This document shows, one piece after another, positions 48,124 through 57,773 of a DNA stretch of 64,000 nt (the first letter of the stretch is position 1; every line of letters starts with the position of its first letter). The DNA comes from an uncultured Clostridia bacterium. GTDB lineage: Bacteria > Bacillota > Clostridia > TANB77 > CAG-508. The position numbers and the translations under genes were made by a program. The notes under the pieces were generated by a model that was given only the letters and a program-made list of their open reading frames with translations, was not told the DNA's origin and did not search any database. The stretch is from assembly GCA_944390285.1 (NCBI GenBank), contig CALXPN010000001.1:133165-197164 (forward strand), read 5' to 3'.

Positions 48124-48849
48124 TTATATTTTATTTCCAATATTAATAAATATATATATTTCACCATTTACATTTATTTTATTTATATTTTCTTTATAAA
48201 CAATTATTTCATCCAAATTATTAGCCTTTTCACTTTGTATACTCTTAGCTAAATTATAAATTCCATCATATTTCCAAATCATCATATATTCAAATTCAGT
48301 ATTATTATTTTCATATTTATCTATTATTGAAAATTGATTTTCAGAATATTCCAAATCACTATTATCTTTTTCTGTAAAATTTTTATAATAAATATTTTTC
48401 CAGTATGTATTATCTTTATAATAATAAATATCATATATATACTTATCAATATAATATATTTGTGAATATAATTTATAATCATTAAAATTTATTCTATTTG
48501 TGAATAAATCCTCTTCTATGTCCACAATTATATTGTCTTTTAACACATATGACATTCCCATTCCACACTGATAAACTTGAGAATCTATTTTTATAAAACT
48601 TCCTGTTCCTACAATATTTAATTGATTTATGTTATATATTGGAATAATTTCATTGTTGTCAGCTGATTTATTTGAATCTATTAAATCTAACTTGTTAGAA
48701 TAAATTTTTAGTAAATTCAAATTTTGTTTTTCATTTTCTTTTAATTTATTATCAACTAATGAATAAATTGAAAAAACAAATATTAATAGTAACATCATTG
48801 CAAATAACACAAATATTGAAACTATCCCTTTTTCATTTTTGTTTTTCAT
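48124..48849 (-). CDS. hypothetical membrane-anchored protein (241 aa), possibly prepilin-like leader
   Basis: MKNKNEKG followed by a 22-aa hydrophobic stretch. Tyr/Asn-rich body. Confidence 0.4.
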   Translation of the reverse strand: MKNKNEKGIVSIFVLFAMMLLLIFVFSIYSLVDNKLKENEKQNLNLLKIYSNKLDLIDSNKSADNNEIIPIYNINQLNIVGTGSFIKIDSQVYQCGMGMSYVLKDNIIVDIEEDLFTNRINFNDYKLYSQIYYIDKYIYDIYYYKDNTYWKNIYYKNFTEKDNSDLEYSENQFSIIDKYENNNTEFEYMMIWKYDGIYNLAKSIQSEKANNLDEIIVYKENINKINVNGEIYIFINIGNKI

Positions 48850-48940
48850 AAGATTTCCTTTATATTTTTATAGTATAAATATTATATCAATTTTTTACAT
48901 TTTGTAAACTATTTGTATATATATTTAATAGCTATTTACT

Positions 48941-48969
48941 GTATATTTTTTCAAAAACTACTAATACTA
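48941..48969 (+). promoter_or_regulatory. candidate forespore (sigma-G/F-like) promoter GTATA-17-AATACTA upstream of the ger operon
   Basis: GTATA 48941-45, 17-nt spacer, AATACTA 48963-69 (1 mismatch to CATxxTA). Confidence 0.3.
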
Positions 48970-48989
48970 CTATAAATTAGGAGTAAAGT

Positions 48990-50661
48990 ATGATAAAAAA
49001 TTTTTTTGATAATTTATTTAAATATGAAGAAAAAGAAGAATATAATTTTGTTCTACCTAAAACACATAATAATATAGAAGAAAAAGAGTTTTCAAAATTA
49101 GATAATCAAACTGTGTATGCATCTTTAGAAGAAAATTTAAATTATTTAAAAATAAAGTATAATATGTTAGTTAATAGTGATATAAAAACAAGAGAATTTA
49201 ATTTAAATATAAAGAACAAAAAAATTCCTGCTTTTATTTTTTATATAGATGGTATGGTTGAAAGTAATACTATAAATGATTTTATATTACAACCTTTGTT
49301 ACTAAGGAATTCAATAAAAATGAAAGAACCTAAAAAAAATTATAATCAAATATTAGATAATTCAAAACAACAAATGAAAAAATTTAACTTGGAAGATTTT
49401 TTATACTCAAGTTTAATACCTCAAAATAGTGTAATTAAAGAAAACAAATTTGAAAAAATTGTATCACTTGCAAATTCGGGATTTTGTATTTTATTTGTTC
49501 AATCTTTAGAAAATGCTCTTTGTATTGAGACAAAAGGATTTAAGGGGCGTAGTGTTGATAAACCTGTTACTGAATCAGTCGTTAAAGGTGCACATGAAGG
49601 TTTTGTTGAAAATCTAAGAACAAATACATCTATGTTAAGAAAAATTATAAATAATGAACATTTAATAATAGAAGAAATGTCTATTGGTAAAATTAGTCAA
49701 ACAAAAGTTGCAATTTGTTATATTAAGGATATTACAAATGATGATTTAGTTGCAGAAGCCAAATATAGATTAAATAATTTAAAAATTGATTATTTGCTTT
49801 CTTCTGGTCAATTGGTTCAACTTATCAAAGATAATCCATCAACAGCTTTTCCACAAACTATTACAACAGAACGACCTGATAAAACTTCAAATTATCTTTT
49901 ACTAGGAAGAGTTATTATACTTGTAAATGGTTCACCATTCTCTATTATATTACCTGCTGTTTTAATAGATTTCCTTACTTCTCCTGAAGATTTTAATTTA
50001 AATTACCATTATGCTAATTTTTTAAAAATTTTAAGAGCTATTGCATTAGTTTGTGCTCTTTTTGTACCAGGTTTTTATATTGCAATTACAATGTACCATT
50101 ATGAATTAATACCATCTGAATTACTTTTTGCAATAATAGCTGCTAGACAAGCCATCCCATTTCCAATTATTTTTGAAATTATTATTATGGAAGCTTGTTT
50201 TGAACTCATTCAAGAAGCAAGTATCCGTGTACCTTCTTCTTTTAGTACAACTGTACGGAATAATTGGTGCACTTATTCTAGGTGATGCTGCTGTTTCAGC
50301 AAATATTGTAAGTCCAATTTTAATAATAATAGTTGCATTTTCCGGAATTTGTGCTTTTGCTATTCCAGATAACTCCCTTAGATTTACAATTAAAATGTTT
50401 AGATTTATGTATATAATACTCGGATATTTAGCAGGTTTTTTAGGAATCGCTCTAGGATTTTTTATTCATTTTCTATTGCTTGCCAGTCAAGATTCTTTTG
50501 GAGTATCATTTTTTACTCCTTATATTCCATATAGTGATTTAAAACAAAATGAATCTTTATATATAAATCCTGTTTGGAAAAGAGAAAAAAGAAATGCTTT
50601 TTTAAATACAAAAAAACCAAATACAGAAAGTCATATTAGTATGAAGTGGAGGAAAAATTAA
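48990..50661 (+). pseudogene. gerAA: spore germination protein, GerA-family A subunit, interrupted by a +1 frameshift near 50255
   Basis: ORF 48990-50285 carries the GerA N-domain. ORF 50173-50661, in the +1 frame, carries the conserved C-terminal membrane region (IIGALILGDAAVSANIVSPILIIIVAFSGI). Deleting one base in ACTGTACGG restores ...SSFSTTVGIIGALILGDAAVSA.... Confidence 0.8.
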
Positions 50662-50665
50662 TATA

Positions 50666-51757
50666 ATGAAAAACACATATAAATTAGAAAATAAAGAAGC
50701 AATTTCTATAATTTTAATAATCATGATAAATAAATTAATATTAAACATTCCTTATTACATTGTAAATCTTACTGGTACAGGTTCTTTAGTTAATTTAATA
50801 TATATTGGAATTATAGATTTAATTTTATCTTTGGTTATTATAAAATTATTAGAGAAATTTCAAAATTCTGATATTTTAGATGTTTCTTACTTTTTAGCAG
50901 GTAACAAACTTAAAAATATTGTAGGAATAATTAGTATATCATTGTTTTTTCTAGTTTCTTTTATAACACTTATTGATTTTTGCAATGTTTTACACACTAT
51001 ATATTTCTCGAATTTTGATACTATTTATATTTTCTTATTTTTTATGATAGGAATTCTTATTTCAAATTTAGTAGGAATAAAATCAATTTCTCGAACTATA
51101 TCTTTTCTAGTACCTTTTGCAATAATTAGTGTTATTATATCTTTTTTTGCTGTTTGGGATGATTTTAGTATACAGCGATTTACACCCATATTCGGAAAAG
51201 ATTTCTATACTACATTTGGTTTAGGATTTACAAATAGTTTTTCAATGTATATTATTGTTTATTATTATTTTTTTAAACCTCTTCTTGCTAATCCAAAAGA
51301 CTTTAAGAAAATAACTATTATTTCTTATTTAATATCTTTTACTCTACTTTTCATAACAGTCTCTTCTATGCTTACTTTATTTAGTACTACTACAAATAAT
51401 GAACCTATAAATTCACTTTTTTTACTTGTAAGGCAAATCGAACTAGGTAAATTTCTACAAAGAGTTGATTCATTATTTATTTTGCTTTGGATTTTATCGA
51501 TATTTGCATACTTAAGTTTTGTTATATTTATAATTAATAGAATAATTAAAAAAATGACTAATATTTCTAATGAAAAGATTATTTCATTTTCTACTTGCAG
51601 TATTTTACTAGGACTTGCTTTAACTCCTATAAATATATCTAAAATACATTTTATAGAAAATGTAGTATACAAATATGTAATATTATCTTTTATATTTGGA
51701 ATTGGTCTTATTATTCTAATTTTAGGAAACATAAAAAAATTGAGAGGTAATAAATAA
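50666..51757 (+). CDS. gerAB: spore germination protein, GerA-family B subunit (APC-type permease fold)
   Basis: 363 aa, ~10 TM. Position and size fit a B subunit. Confidence 0.8.
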   Translation: MKNTYKLENKEAISIILIIMINKLILNIPYYIVNLTGTGSLVNLIYIGIIDLILSLVIIKLLEKFQNSDILDVSYFLAGNKLKNIVGIISISLFFLVSFITLIDFCNVLHTIYFSNFDTIYIFLFFMIGILISNLVGIKSISRTISFLVPFAIISVIISFFAVWDDFSIQRFTPIFGKDFYTTFGLGFTNSFSMYIIVYYYFFKPLLANPKDFKKITIISYLISFTLLFITVSSMLTLFSTTTNNEPINSLFLLVRQIELGKFLQRVDSLFILLWILSIFAYLSFVIFIINRIIKKMTNISNEKIISFSTCSILLGLALTPINISKIHFIENVVYKYVILSFIFGIGLIILILGNIKKLRGNK

Positions 51758-51758
51758 T

Positions 51759-52898
51759 ATGAAAGAAAAATGTTTAGTTATACTTGTTTTAATAATTTCT
51801 TTATTTACTTTTACAGGTTGCTATTATATAAATGGTATTGATCAATATTATTTTATTGTTTCTCTAGGATTAGATTCTGCTAATAATGATTTATTGAAAA
51901 TAAGTGTTCAAGTATCTTCAAATCCTTCTGGTTCCTCTCAAGATTCTAATTCTTCACAATCTAGTAATTATAAAATTTATTCAGTAGAAGCACGAACTAT
52001 TGATGAAGGTATTTCTTTACTTAACAATGCTCTAAATAAAAAAATTAACTTATCTCACTGTTCAACTTTACTTATATCTGAAGAATTAGCAAAAAAAGGT
52101 ATACGATCTCACATAAGTACATTAAGTAATAATACTGAACTAAGACATAGTTGTGATGTTATTATAAGTTCTTCTTCTAGTTATGATGTTATGAATAATG
52201 TTGCAAATTCTGGAGAAGTTTTTTCTGCCAGATTATATGATTATTTAACAAATACAACAGAATATACTGGTTTTACTACTAAATCCCCTTTTGGAAAATT
52301 TTTTCAAGCTTTAGACAATGATTATTATGAGCCAACTGCTATATACGCTCAAGTCACAGATGCTACAGTTCAATCCGCAGGAATTGCTGTTTTTAAACAT
52401 GATTTTATGGTAGGACATCTTGATGCTATTAATTCTATTGCACATCTAATTATCACAAATGATTTAAATAGTACAATAATTACTACAAATAATCCTTTTG
52501 ATGAGGCAGAACAATTAGATTTAGAAATTAGTTTATATAAAAAAACAGATATAAATATTGATTTAATAAATGGTTCTCCTTTAATTAGTATTTCTGTATA
52601 TCCTGAAGGTACAATTAAAAGTTCTGGTAGTACTTTTAATTATATTAGTGATGAAAATATTAATTTAGTAGAAAAAACAGTAAATACTTATTTTGAAAAT
52701 TTGTTAAGAGAATATTTATATAATATTTCGAAAAATTTTAATTCTGATATTATCGGATTTAAAGGTTTATATAGAAGTGTTTTTGCGACTAAAGAAGATT
52801 TTAATGAAATTCATTGGGATGAAATATTTCAAGATTCATTTTTTAATGTAAGTGTATTTACAGAAGTAAATTCTAGTAATTTATTTAATAAAGAATAA
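51759..52898 (+). CDS. gerAC: spore germination protein, GerA-family C subunit (lipoprotein)
   Basis: Lipobox LFTFTGC at the signal peptide end, 379 aa. The ATG overlaps the gerAB stop. Confidence 0.8.
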   Translation: MKEKCLVILVLIISLFTFTGCYYINGIDQYYFIVSLGLDSANNDLLKISVQVSSNPSGSSQDSNSSQSSNYKIYSVEARTIDEGISLLNNALNKKINLSHCSTLLISEELAKKGIRSHISTLSNNTELRHSCDVIISSSSSYDVMNNVANSGEVFSARLYDYLTNTTEYTGFTTKSPFGKFFQALDNDYYEPTAIYAQVTDATVQSAGIAVFKHDFMVGHLDAINSIAHLIITNDLNSTIITTNNPFDEAEQLDLEISLYKKTDINIDLINGSPLISISVYPEGTIKSSGSTFNYISDENINLVEKTVNTYFENLLREYLYNISKNFNSDIIGFKGLYRSVFATKEDFNEIHWDEIFQDSFFNVSVFTEVNSSNLFNKE

Positions 52899-52914
52899 AA
52901 AAGGAAGAGATTTC

Positions 52915-53082
52915 ATGAAATTATTGTTAATAATTATTTTATTGTATAGCTTTCTAAAAACTTTTTATTATGGTATTTATGAAATAAAAGAAAAAAAGAA
53001 TCAATCTGGTGGAATTGCTATTATATTTATAGCAATTCTAGGATTAATTCTTCCTATTTTTTGGTTATTTTATATATATTAA
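52915..53082 (+). CDS. small two-TM membrane protein (55 aa), germinant-receptor D-subunit-like
   Basis: AAAGGAAGA RBS 6 nt before the ATG, 16 nt after the gerAC stop. Two hydrophobic helices. Confidence 0.45.
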   Translation: MKLLLIIILLYSFLKTFYYGIYEIKEKKNQSGGIAIIFIAILGLILPIFWLFYIY

Positions 53083-54032
53083 CTAAGAAAATCACAACTA
53101 TTAATAGTTTTTTCTAAAAATTTTATAAGATTAATATTTAAGTTTTTAATTAATCCTAAATCAATTTCTGCTTCTTGATTTTCTAACTCAGATTTTGAGG
53201 AATTCTCAGTAACTTCAAAAGAAAGTATTATTTCTTTCTTCCAATCTAATAATTTTTTTGATAAAAGTATTTGAACATCTTTTCCAATATCATTTAAATT
53301 TGATTCAATAAATTTAATTTTATTTATAAAATTTAATAATTCTAATATTAATATTTTAGAATCTTTTAATTTTTCTTCTATTACTTTTACTCTTTCATTA
53401 TAATTTTCTACAGTTTCTATAGATAATTTTTTATTTGTTAATTGTTTTTCTAAAAATTCTAATCTTTTTTCATTTATTAAAATAAATTTGATTAAAAATT
53501 CTAAATTATTAAAATTTTTTTCAAAAACTTTATATAATTTAGTAGCTTCTTTTAAAATTTTAATTTTTTCAGAGATTAATTCTTTTTCGTTTTTAGATAT
53601 TTCTGTTATCATCTTACTATATCTTACTATTATTAATTCACTTTCTTTTTTTACATTAAAAAATATGGATTTAATTCCTTTAGGTTTCATACTTTCTGGC
53701 AAATTATTATTGAAATCACTTATTGATTTTTTCATATCTTCCAGAATTTCTTTAGTCTTTTCTAATTTTTTATTGTAATTTTTTTTAGAATTATTATTTA
53801 AAAAATTTTTTATATTTTTTTGAAATTCATCCTGTTCTTCTAATAATTTATCTTCATCTTTTAATTCCATATTTATACAAAAATTTTCTATCTTTTCTTT
53901 ATCATCTAAATTATCCAAACTTAGTATTTTTTCAATCTCTTTTTCTGTTATTTTATTATTACCTGATAAATAATTTTCACATATTTTAAGTATATCTTTT
54001 ATATCAAATTTTAAGTCTATTAAATCTTCCAC
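53079..54032 (-). CDS. hypothetical coiled-coil protein (317 aa)
   Basis: K/E/L/I-rich with heptad periodicity, no TM. Last gene of the sortase operon. Confidence 0.45.
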   Translation of the reverse strand: MEDLIDLKFDIKDILKICENYLSGNNKITEKEIEKILSLDNLDDKEKIENFCINMELKDEDKLLEEQDEFQKNIKNFLNNNSKKNYNKKLEKTKEILEDMKKSISDFNNNLPESMKPKGIKSIFFNVKKESELIIVRYSKMITEISKNEKELISEKIKILKEATKLYKVFEKNFNNLEFLIKFILINEKRLEFLEKQLTNKKLSIETVENYNERVKVIEEKLKDSKILILELLNFINKIKFIESNLNDIGKDVQILLSKKLLDWKKEIILSFEVTENSSKSELENQEAEIDLGLIKNLNINLIKFLEKTINSCDFLS

Positions 54033-54044
54033 TATTTCCCCCTA

Positions 54045-54938
54045 CTAGTATTCTTTAGAATTAGCACATCTCCTTAAAGGTTTTTTATTATTCTTACCTA
54101 TTGTAAAATTAATGTTTCTAAGTATAACTGAAATTAAAATACCAGTTATTCCACAAATTATAAATATATTCCCATAATCTGAAATTTTATATAAGTTCTC
54201 TTTTAAAATAGAAATAATCAAATTACTTATTGATTTTGTAATTAATACTAAATCATCTATTTCGACACTTGAAAAAATAATACTTGTACTCATTTTAAAT
54301 AAAATTCCAATAGTTAATGATGATATTCCTAAAAAATTTATTGCTAATAATAAGTCTTTTAAATTTACTATTATCATAATAACTATTAAAACTACTAATA
54401 TAATTAAAGGAATATTTCCTATTTTATTATTTATATTTTTAACTTCAGATATAAGCTCATAACCATTTTCATAAAGTTTATTTGAAACATTTATATTGTT
54501 TATATATTCATTAACAATTAGATCTTCAAATTTAATAATATTATTTTTACCTTGTTCATTTAAATTCATATTTTGTGATTGTATGTATTGATTTATTTTA
54601 TTATCTAAATTTGTTTTTACTTCTTCACTACTTAAAGATATTTCTGTTCCATCATAAAGTGCATTCACCAATGTATTTACATCTTTTTCAATCATATCTT
54701 CTGTAAATAAATTTTGTATAGTATCTTCTGGTAATCCAGATTGATAAATATATTTTTCAAACCCAGCTTCTACTTCTCGTGCAATTTGAAGATTAAATTC
54801 TGTTTCACTCATTTTTTGTAATATATAATCTTTATTTAAAATTTTTGTATTTAAAATGTTTAATAATATACAAATAATAACAGCAAAAATAATCAAAAAG
54901 GATACTATTATATTTATACTATATTTTAATATTTTCAT
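54045..54938 (-). CDS. hypothetical membrane protein (297 aa)
   Basis: N-terminal TM, ~150-aa extracytoplasmic segment, 3-4 C-terminal TM. Starts 4 nt after the sortase stop. Confidence 0.45.
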   Translation of the reverse strand: MKILKYSINIIVSFLIIFAVIICILLNILNTKILNKDYILQKMSETEFNLQIAREVEAGFEKYIYQSGLPEDTIQNLFTEDMIEKDVNTLVNALYDGTEISLSSEEVKTNLDNKINQYIQSQNMNLNEQGKNNIIKFEDLIVNEYINNINVSNKLYENGYELISEVKNINNKIGNIPLIILVVLIVIMIIVNLKDLLLAINFLGISSLTIGILFKMSTSIIFSSVEIDDLVLITKSISNLIISILKENLYKISDYGNIFIICGITGILISVILRNINFTIGKNNKKPLRRCANSKEY

Positions 54939-54941
54939 ATT

Positions 54942-55559
54942 CTACTCCTCCACCAAATTTGCATATACAACATATCTTTCTGAAGCATGTCCAATATTAT
55001 TTATAGGCCAACAAGTATATAACATTAAAATTTCTTTTTCTTGTTGAATTGGAACAGATGCAACATCTGTTTCTTTTACTATTCTTGTATCATATATATC
55101 ATAATTAAATGTTCCATATGTTGTATCTAATACTATTCTGTCTCCTATCTTTGCTTCTGGCAAATTTGCTAAAAAAGTTTTAAAATTATGTCCTGCCATT
55201 ATTACACTTCCACCTTCTCCAGGAAAGTATGATGTTTCATCATGAGCAATTCCACTTTTTAAAATAGTATAATCTGCTCCATAATAAACAGGGAGATCTA
55301 TACCTATACTATCAATTTTCAAATCAGCATATTTAGTTCCATATGTTGGATAATTTACCAAAACATTTCCTTCTAAAACTGGTGTAATTGTTTGTACATT
55401 ATCTTCATCAACAGTAACAATGTTTAGGAGATATATTGCCATATCAAATTTTTCTTTTCCTATCATCACTAAACTAAAACATATGATGAATGTAAACAAA
55501 AAAGCAACTATTAAAGATAGAATAGTTGCTTTTATAATTTTTAACAAACTTTTATTCAT
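54942..55559 (-). CDS. sortase (small class B/D-like)
   Basis: N-terminal anchor, catalytic His (MAGHNF), TLXTC box (LMLYTCWP), conserved Arg (ERYVVYA). The ATG overlaps the upstream stop (TAATG). Confidence 0.8.
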   Translation of the reverse strand: MNKSLLKIIKATILSLIVAFLFTFIICFSLVMIGKEKFDMAIYLLNIVTVDEDNVQTITPVLEGNVLVNYPTYGTKYADLKIDSIGIDLPVYYGADYTILKSGIAHDETSYFPGEGGSVIMAGHNFKTFLANLPEAKIGDRIVLDTTYGTFNYDIYDTRIVKETDVASVPIQQEKEILMLYTCWPINNIGHASERYVVYANLVEE

Positions 55560-56158
55560 TAATTAGCTCTTTTTTTAACAACTATTGCAACGGCAACTAT
55601 TGCTAAAACTGGTAAAGCTACTAATGCATAATTAGCACCTGTATATAATAACTTACTTCCACTAGTTACTACACCAGTACCTGTACTTGAAGCACTTCCA
55701 CTAGCAGTTCCTGGATTTGTTGCTAATGCTGTATATCTTCCAGAAGCTAATACATCACCATTAGATTTTGTTAATGTGAAAGTTTTTGTACTTGTATTTA
55801 CTGTTAATGTTAAACCAGCTTTTGTAGCAGTAGCTTTTGCTCTTTCTAAAATATCTGTTTTTACTTCTTTACTAATTGCTGATGTGCTTGTAGCACCTGT
55901 GTTTTTAATTGTTTGCTCCATTGATACTAAATCAGCATGAATTGCTGAAACTGTTGCTTCATCTAATGTATTAATATAATCTGTAATTGCATTCTTTTGG
56001 CTATTTGTTAATTCAAATATCATTCCATTTACATTATGTGCATCTCTAACATATTCTATTAAAATATTATGCGCTTCTGCTGCATTTGAATATACTGACA
56101 TTGTAATTAATAATAAAACTACAACTGCCATAACTAATAATTTTGATAATTTTCTCAT
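55559..56158 (-). CDS. putative sortase substrate: secreted T/S/A-rich protein with C-terminal sorting signal
   Basis: Signal peptide MRKLSKLLVMAVVVLLLITMSVYSNAAEA. C-terminus ...SKLLYTGAN + hydrophobic YALVALPVLAIVAVAIVV + KKRAN. AAGGGGGA RBS. Confidence 0.65.
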   Translation of the reverse strand: MRKLSKLLVMAVVVLLLITMSVYSNAAEAHNILIEYVRDAHNVNGMIFELTNSQKNAITDYINTLDEATVSAIHADLVSMEQTIKNTGATSTSAISKEVKTDILERAKATATKAGLTLTVNTSTKTFTLTKSNGDVLASGRYTALATNPGTASGSASSTGTGVVTSGSKLLYTGANYALVALPVLAIVAVAIVVKKRAN

Positions 56159-56366
56159 AATTTCCCCCTTAAATATCTTTTAATTTGTACTAAAAATATT
56201 ATAATTATTATTTTAAATTTTTGCAATACTTTTTTTTATTTTTTTATATTTCTTTTTTGTTTCAAAATATCATAATATATATAAAATTTTATTGACTCTT
56301 GATTAATTGGTTTATTTATGATAATATAATAATAGTTGAATTTAAATAAGAAAAGGAGATTTTATT

Positions 56367-56933
56367 ATGGCAGAAGTATATATGGCTGGAGATTTAAGAA
56401 ATAATACAACATTTGAATTAGATGGAAATGTTTTTAAAGTGGTTGAATTTCAACATGTGAAACCAGGGAAAGGAGCTGCTTTTGTTAGAGTTAAAATGAA
56501 AAATGTTATAACAGGAGCAGTTATTGAAAGAACATTTAATCCATCAGAAAAATTACAAGGTGCAGAAATAGAAAAAAGGGAGATGCAATATCTATACAAT
56601 GATGGTGGTCTTTATTATTTAATGGATAATGAAACTTATGAACAAATTCCATTAAACGAAGAACAACTTGGAGATGCTTTAAAATACATAAAGGAAAATA
56701 TGAATGTTACTGTTTTATCTTATAAAGGAAAAGTATTTAATGTAGAACCACCTATGTTTGTTGAACTTGAAGTTACTTATACAGAACCTGGATTCAGTGG
56801 AAATACAACTACAACTTCTGGAAAACCAGCAACATTAGAAAATGGTTTAGAAATATCTGTACCTTTATTTGTAAATATTGGTGATAAAATAAGAATAGAT
56901 ACTAGAACTGGATTATATATGGAAAGACTATAA
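56367..56933 (+). CDS. efp: elongation factor P
   Basis: N-terminus ...[17 protein letters not shown] (KPGKG loop with the modified lysine), 188 aa. Confidence 0.95.
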   Translation: MAEVYMAGDLRNNTTFELDGNVFKVVEFQHVKPGKGAAFVRVKMKNVITGAVIERTFNPSEKLQGAEIEKREMQYLYNDGGLYYLMDNETYEQIPLNEEQLGDALKYIKENMNVTVLSYKGKVFNVEPPMFVELEVTYTEPGFSGNTTTTSGKPATLENGLEISVPLFVNIGDKIRIDTRTGLYMERL

Positions 56934-57425
56934 TTAAAAAAAATCTAATGGATTGACGGCTTGGCCGTCTTTTTTTATTGTTAAATGAAGATGTGCTCCA
57001 GTTGTTGCACCATTTGTAGGTTTGCCTTGATATGAATATGGATTATTAGGTATCCCATATAAAAATCTAGGTCCAACATTTCCAATCAGTTCTCCGACTC
57101 TTACTATTTGATTTGTATCTACTATATAATTTGGAGAAACATGGCAATATGAAATAGTAATATTATTACTTTCCATAGTAATTGTACAACCTCCTGCTCC
57201 TTTGAAACCTGTAAAAATTATTTTACCACTTGTAATTGAATATATATTACTACCTTCTGTTGCTGCAATATCTATTCCTGAATGAAAACTTGAAGCCCCT
57301 GATGTTGGTGCTCTTCTTTTGCCAAATTGTGATGTTATTGTATGAAAACCTGGAACTGGCCAAAAAAAATCTGTTTTTGAAAATTGATAATATGGAAGTT
57401 TTGTTTCTTGATTTGTATCTATCAC
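56934..57425 (-). CDS. M23 family metallopeptidase (LytM domain), probably N-terminally membrane-anchored (SpoIIQ-like context)
   Basis: HSGIDIAA (HxxxD) and HLHLTI (HxH) zinc motifs are intact. The only canonical in-frame start is the GTG at 57423-25, which has no RBS. See the finding on start ambiguity. Confidence 0.75.
   Translation of the reverse strand: MIDTNQETKLPYYQFSKTDFFWPVPGFHTITSQFGKRRAPTSGASSFHSGIDIAATEGSNIYSITSGKIIFTGFKGAGGCTITMESNNITISYCHVSPNYIVDTNQIVRVGELIGNVGPRFLYGIPNNPYSYQGKPTNGATTGAHLHLTIKKDGQAVNPLDFF
56953..56980 (+). terminator. efp terminator GACGGC-TTG-GCCGTC + T8
   Basis: Perfect 6-bp GC-rich stem followed by TTTTTTTT. The hairpin lies within the last codons (DGQAV) of the convergent M23 gene. 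Confidence 0.65.
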
Positions 57426-57579
57426 AATAATTTTAGAATAAGTGTAATAAATTGATATATAAATTGTTAAAAAAATAAGAAAAAAAACATAAATACTAGT
57501 AAATTTTTTTATATCATTTCCTCCTTTATCAACATATTTCTAGTAACAATTTTAAAAAGACAATAGTATTTTTTAATAA

Positions 57580-57610
57580 AAAAACTAGAGCTTTTATCAC
57601 TCTAGTTTTT
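57580..57610 (-). terminator. terminator downstream of tRNA-Trp
   Basis: AAAAACTAGAG-CTTTTATCA-CTCTAGTTTTT: 11-bp perfect stem and 9-nt loop flanked by A and T runs. Confidence 0.65.
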
Positions 57611-57618
57611 AAAGTAAG

Positions 57619-57693
57619 TGGCAGGGGTAGTAGGATTCGAACCCACACAGGCGGTTTTGGAGACCGATGTGCTACCATTGACACTATACCCCT
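57619..57693 (-). tRNA. trnW: tRNA-Trp (anticodon CCA)
   Basis: Hand-folded cloverleaf. Acceptor AGGGGTA/TACCCCT, discriminator G, encoded CCA. D-arm GTGT..GCAC, anticodon loop CTCCAAA, T-arm GTGGG-TTCGAAT-CCTAC. Resembles bacterial tRNA-Trp (AGGGG...CCCCUGCCA). Confidence 0.85.
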
Positions 57694-57773
57694 AAACAAC
57701 AATACTAATTTTACCATATTATTTTTTATAATTCAAGAAAAAAATTTAGAAATTTATGAAATTAAACAAATTC

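Noticed and set aside
50173-50661. Stand-alone 162-aa gene
   Set aside because: It is the C-terminal membrane segment of gerAA displaced by a frameshift, not an independent gene.
57529-57717. 62-aa ORF on the minus strand
   Set aside because: It is fully overlapped by tRNA-Trp and its terminator; it is a translation of structured RNA sequence.
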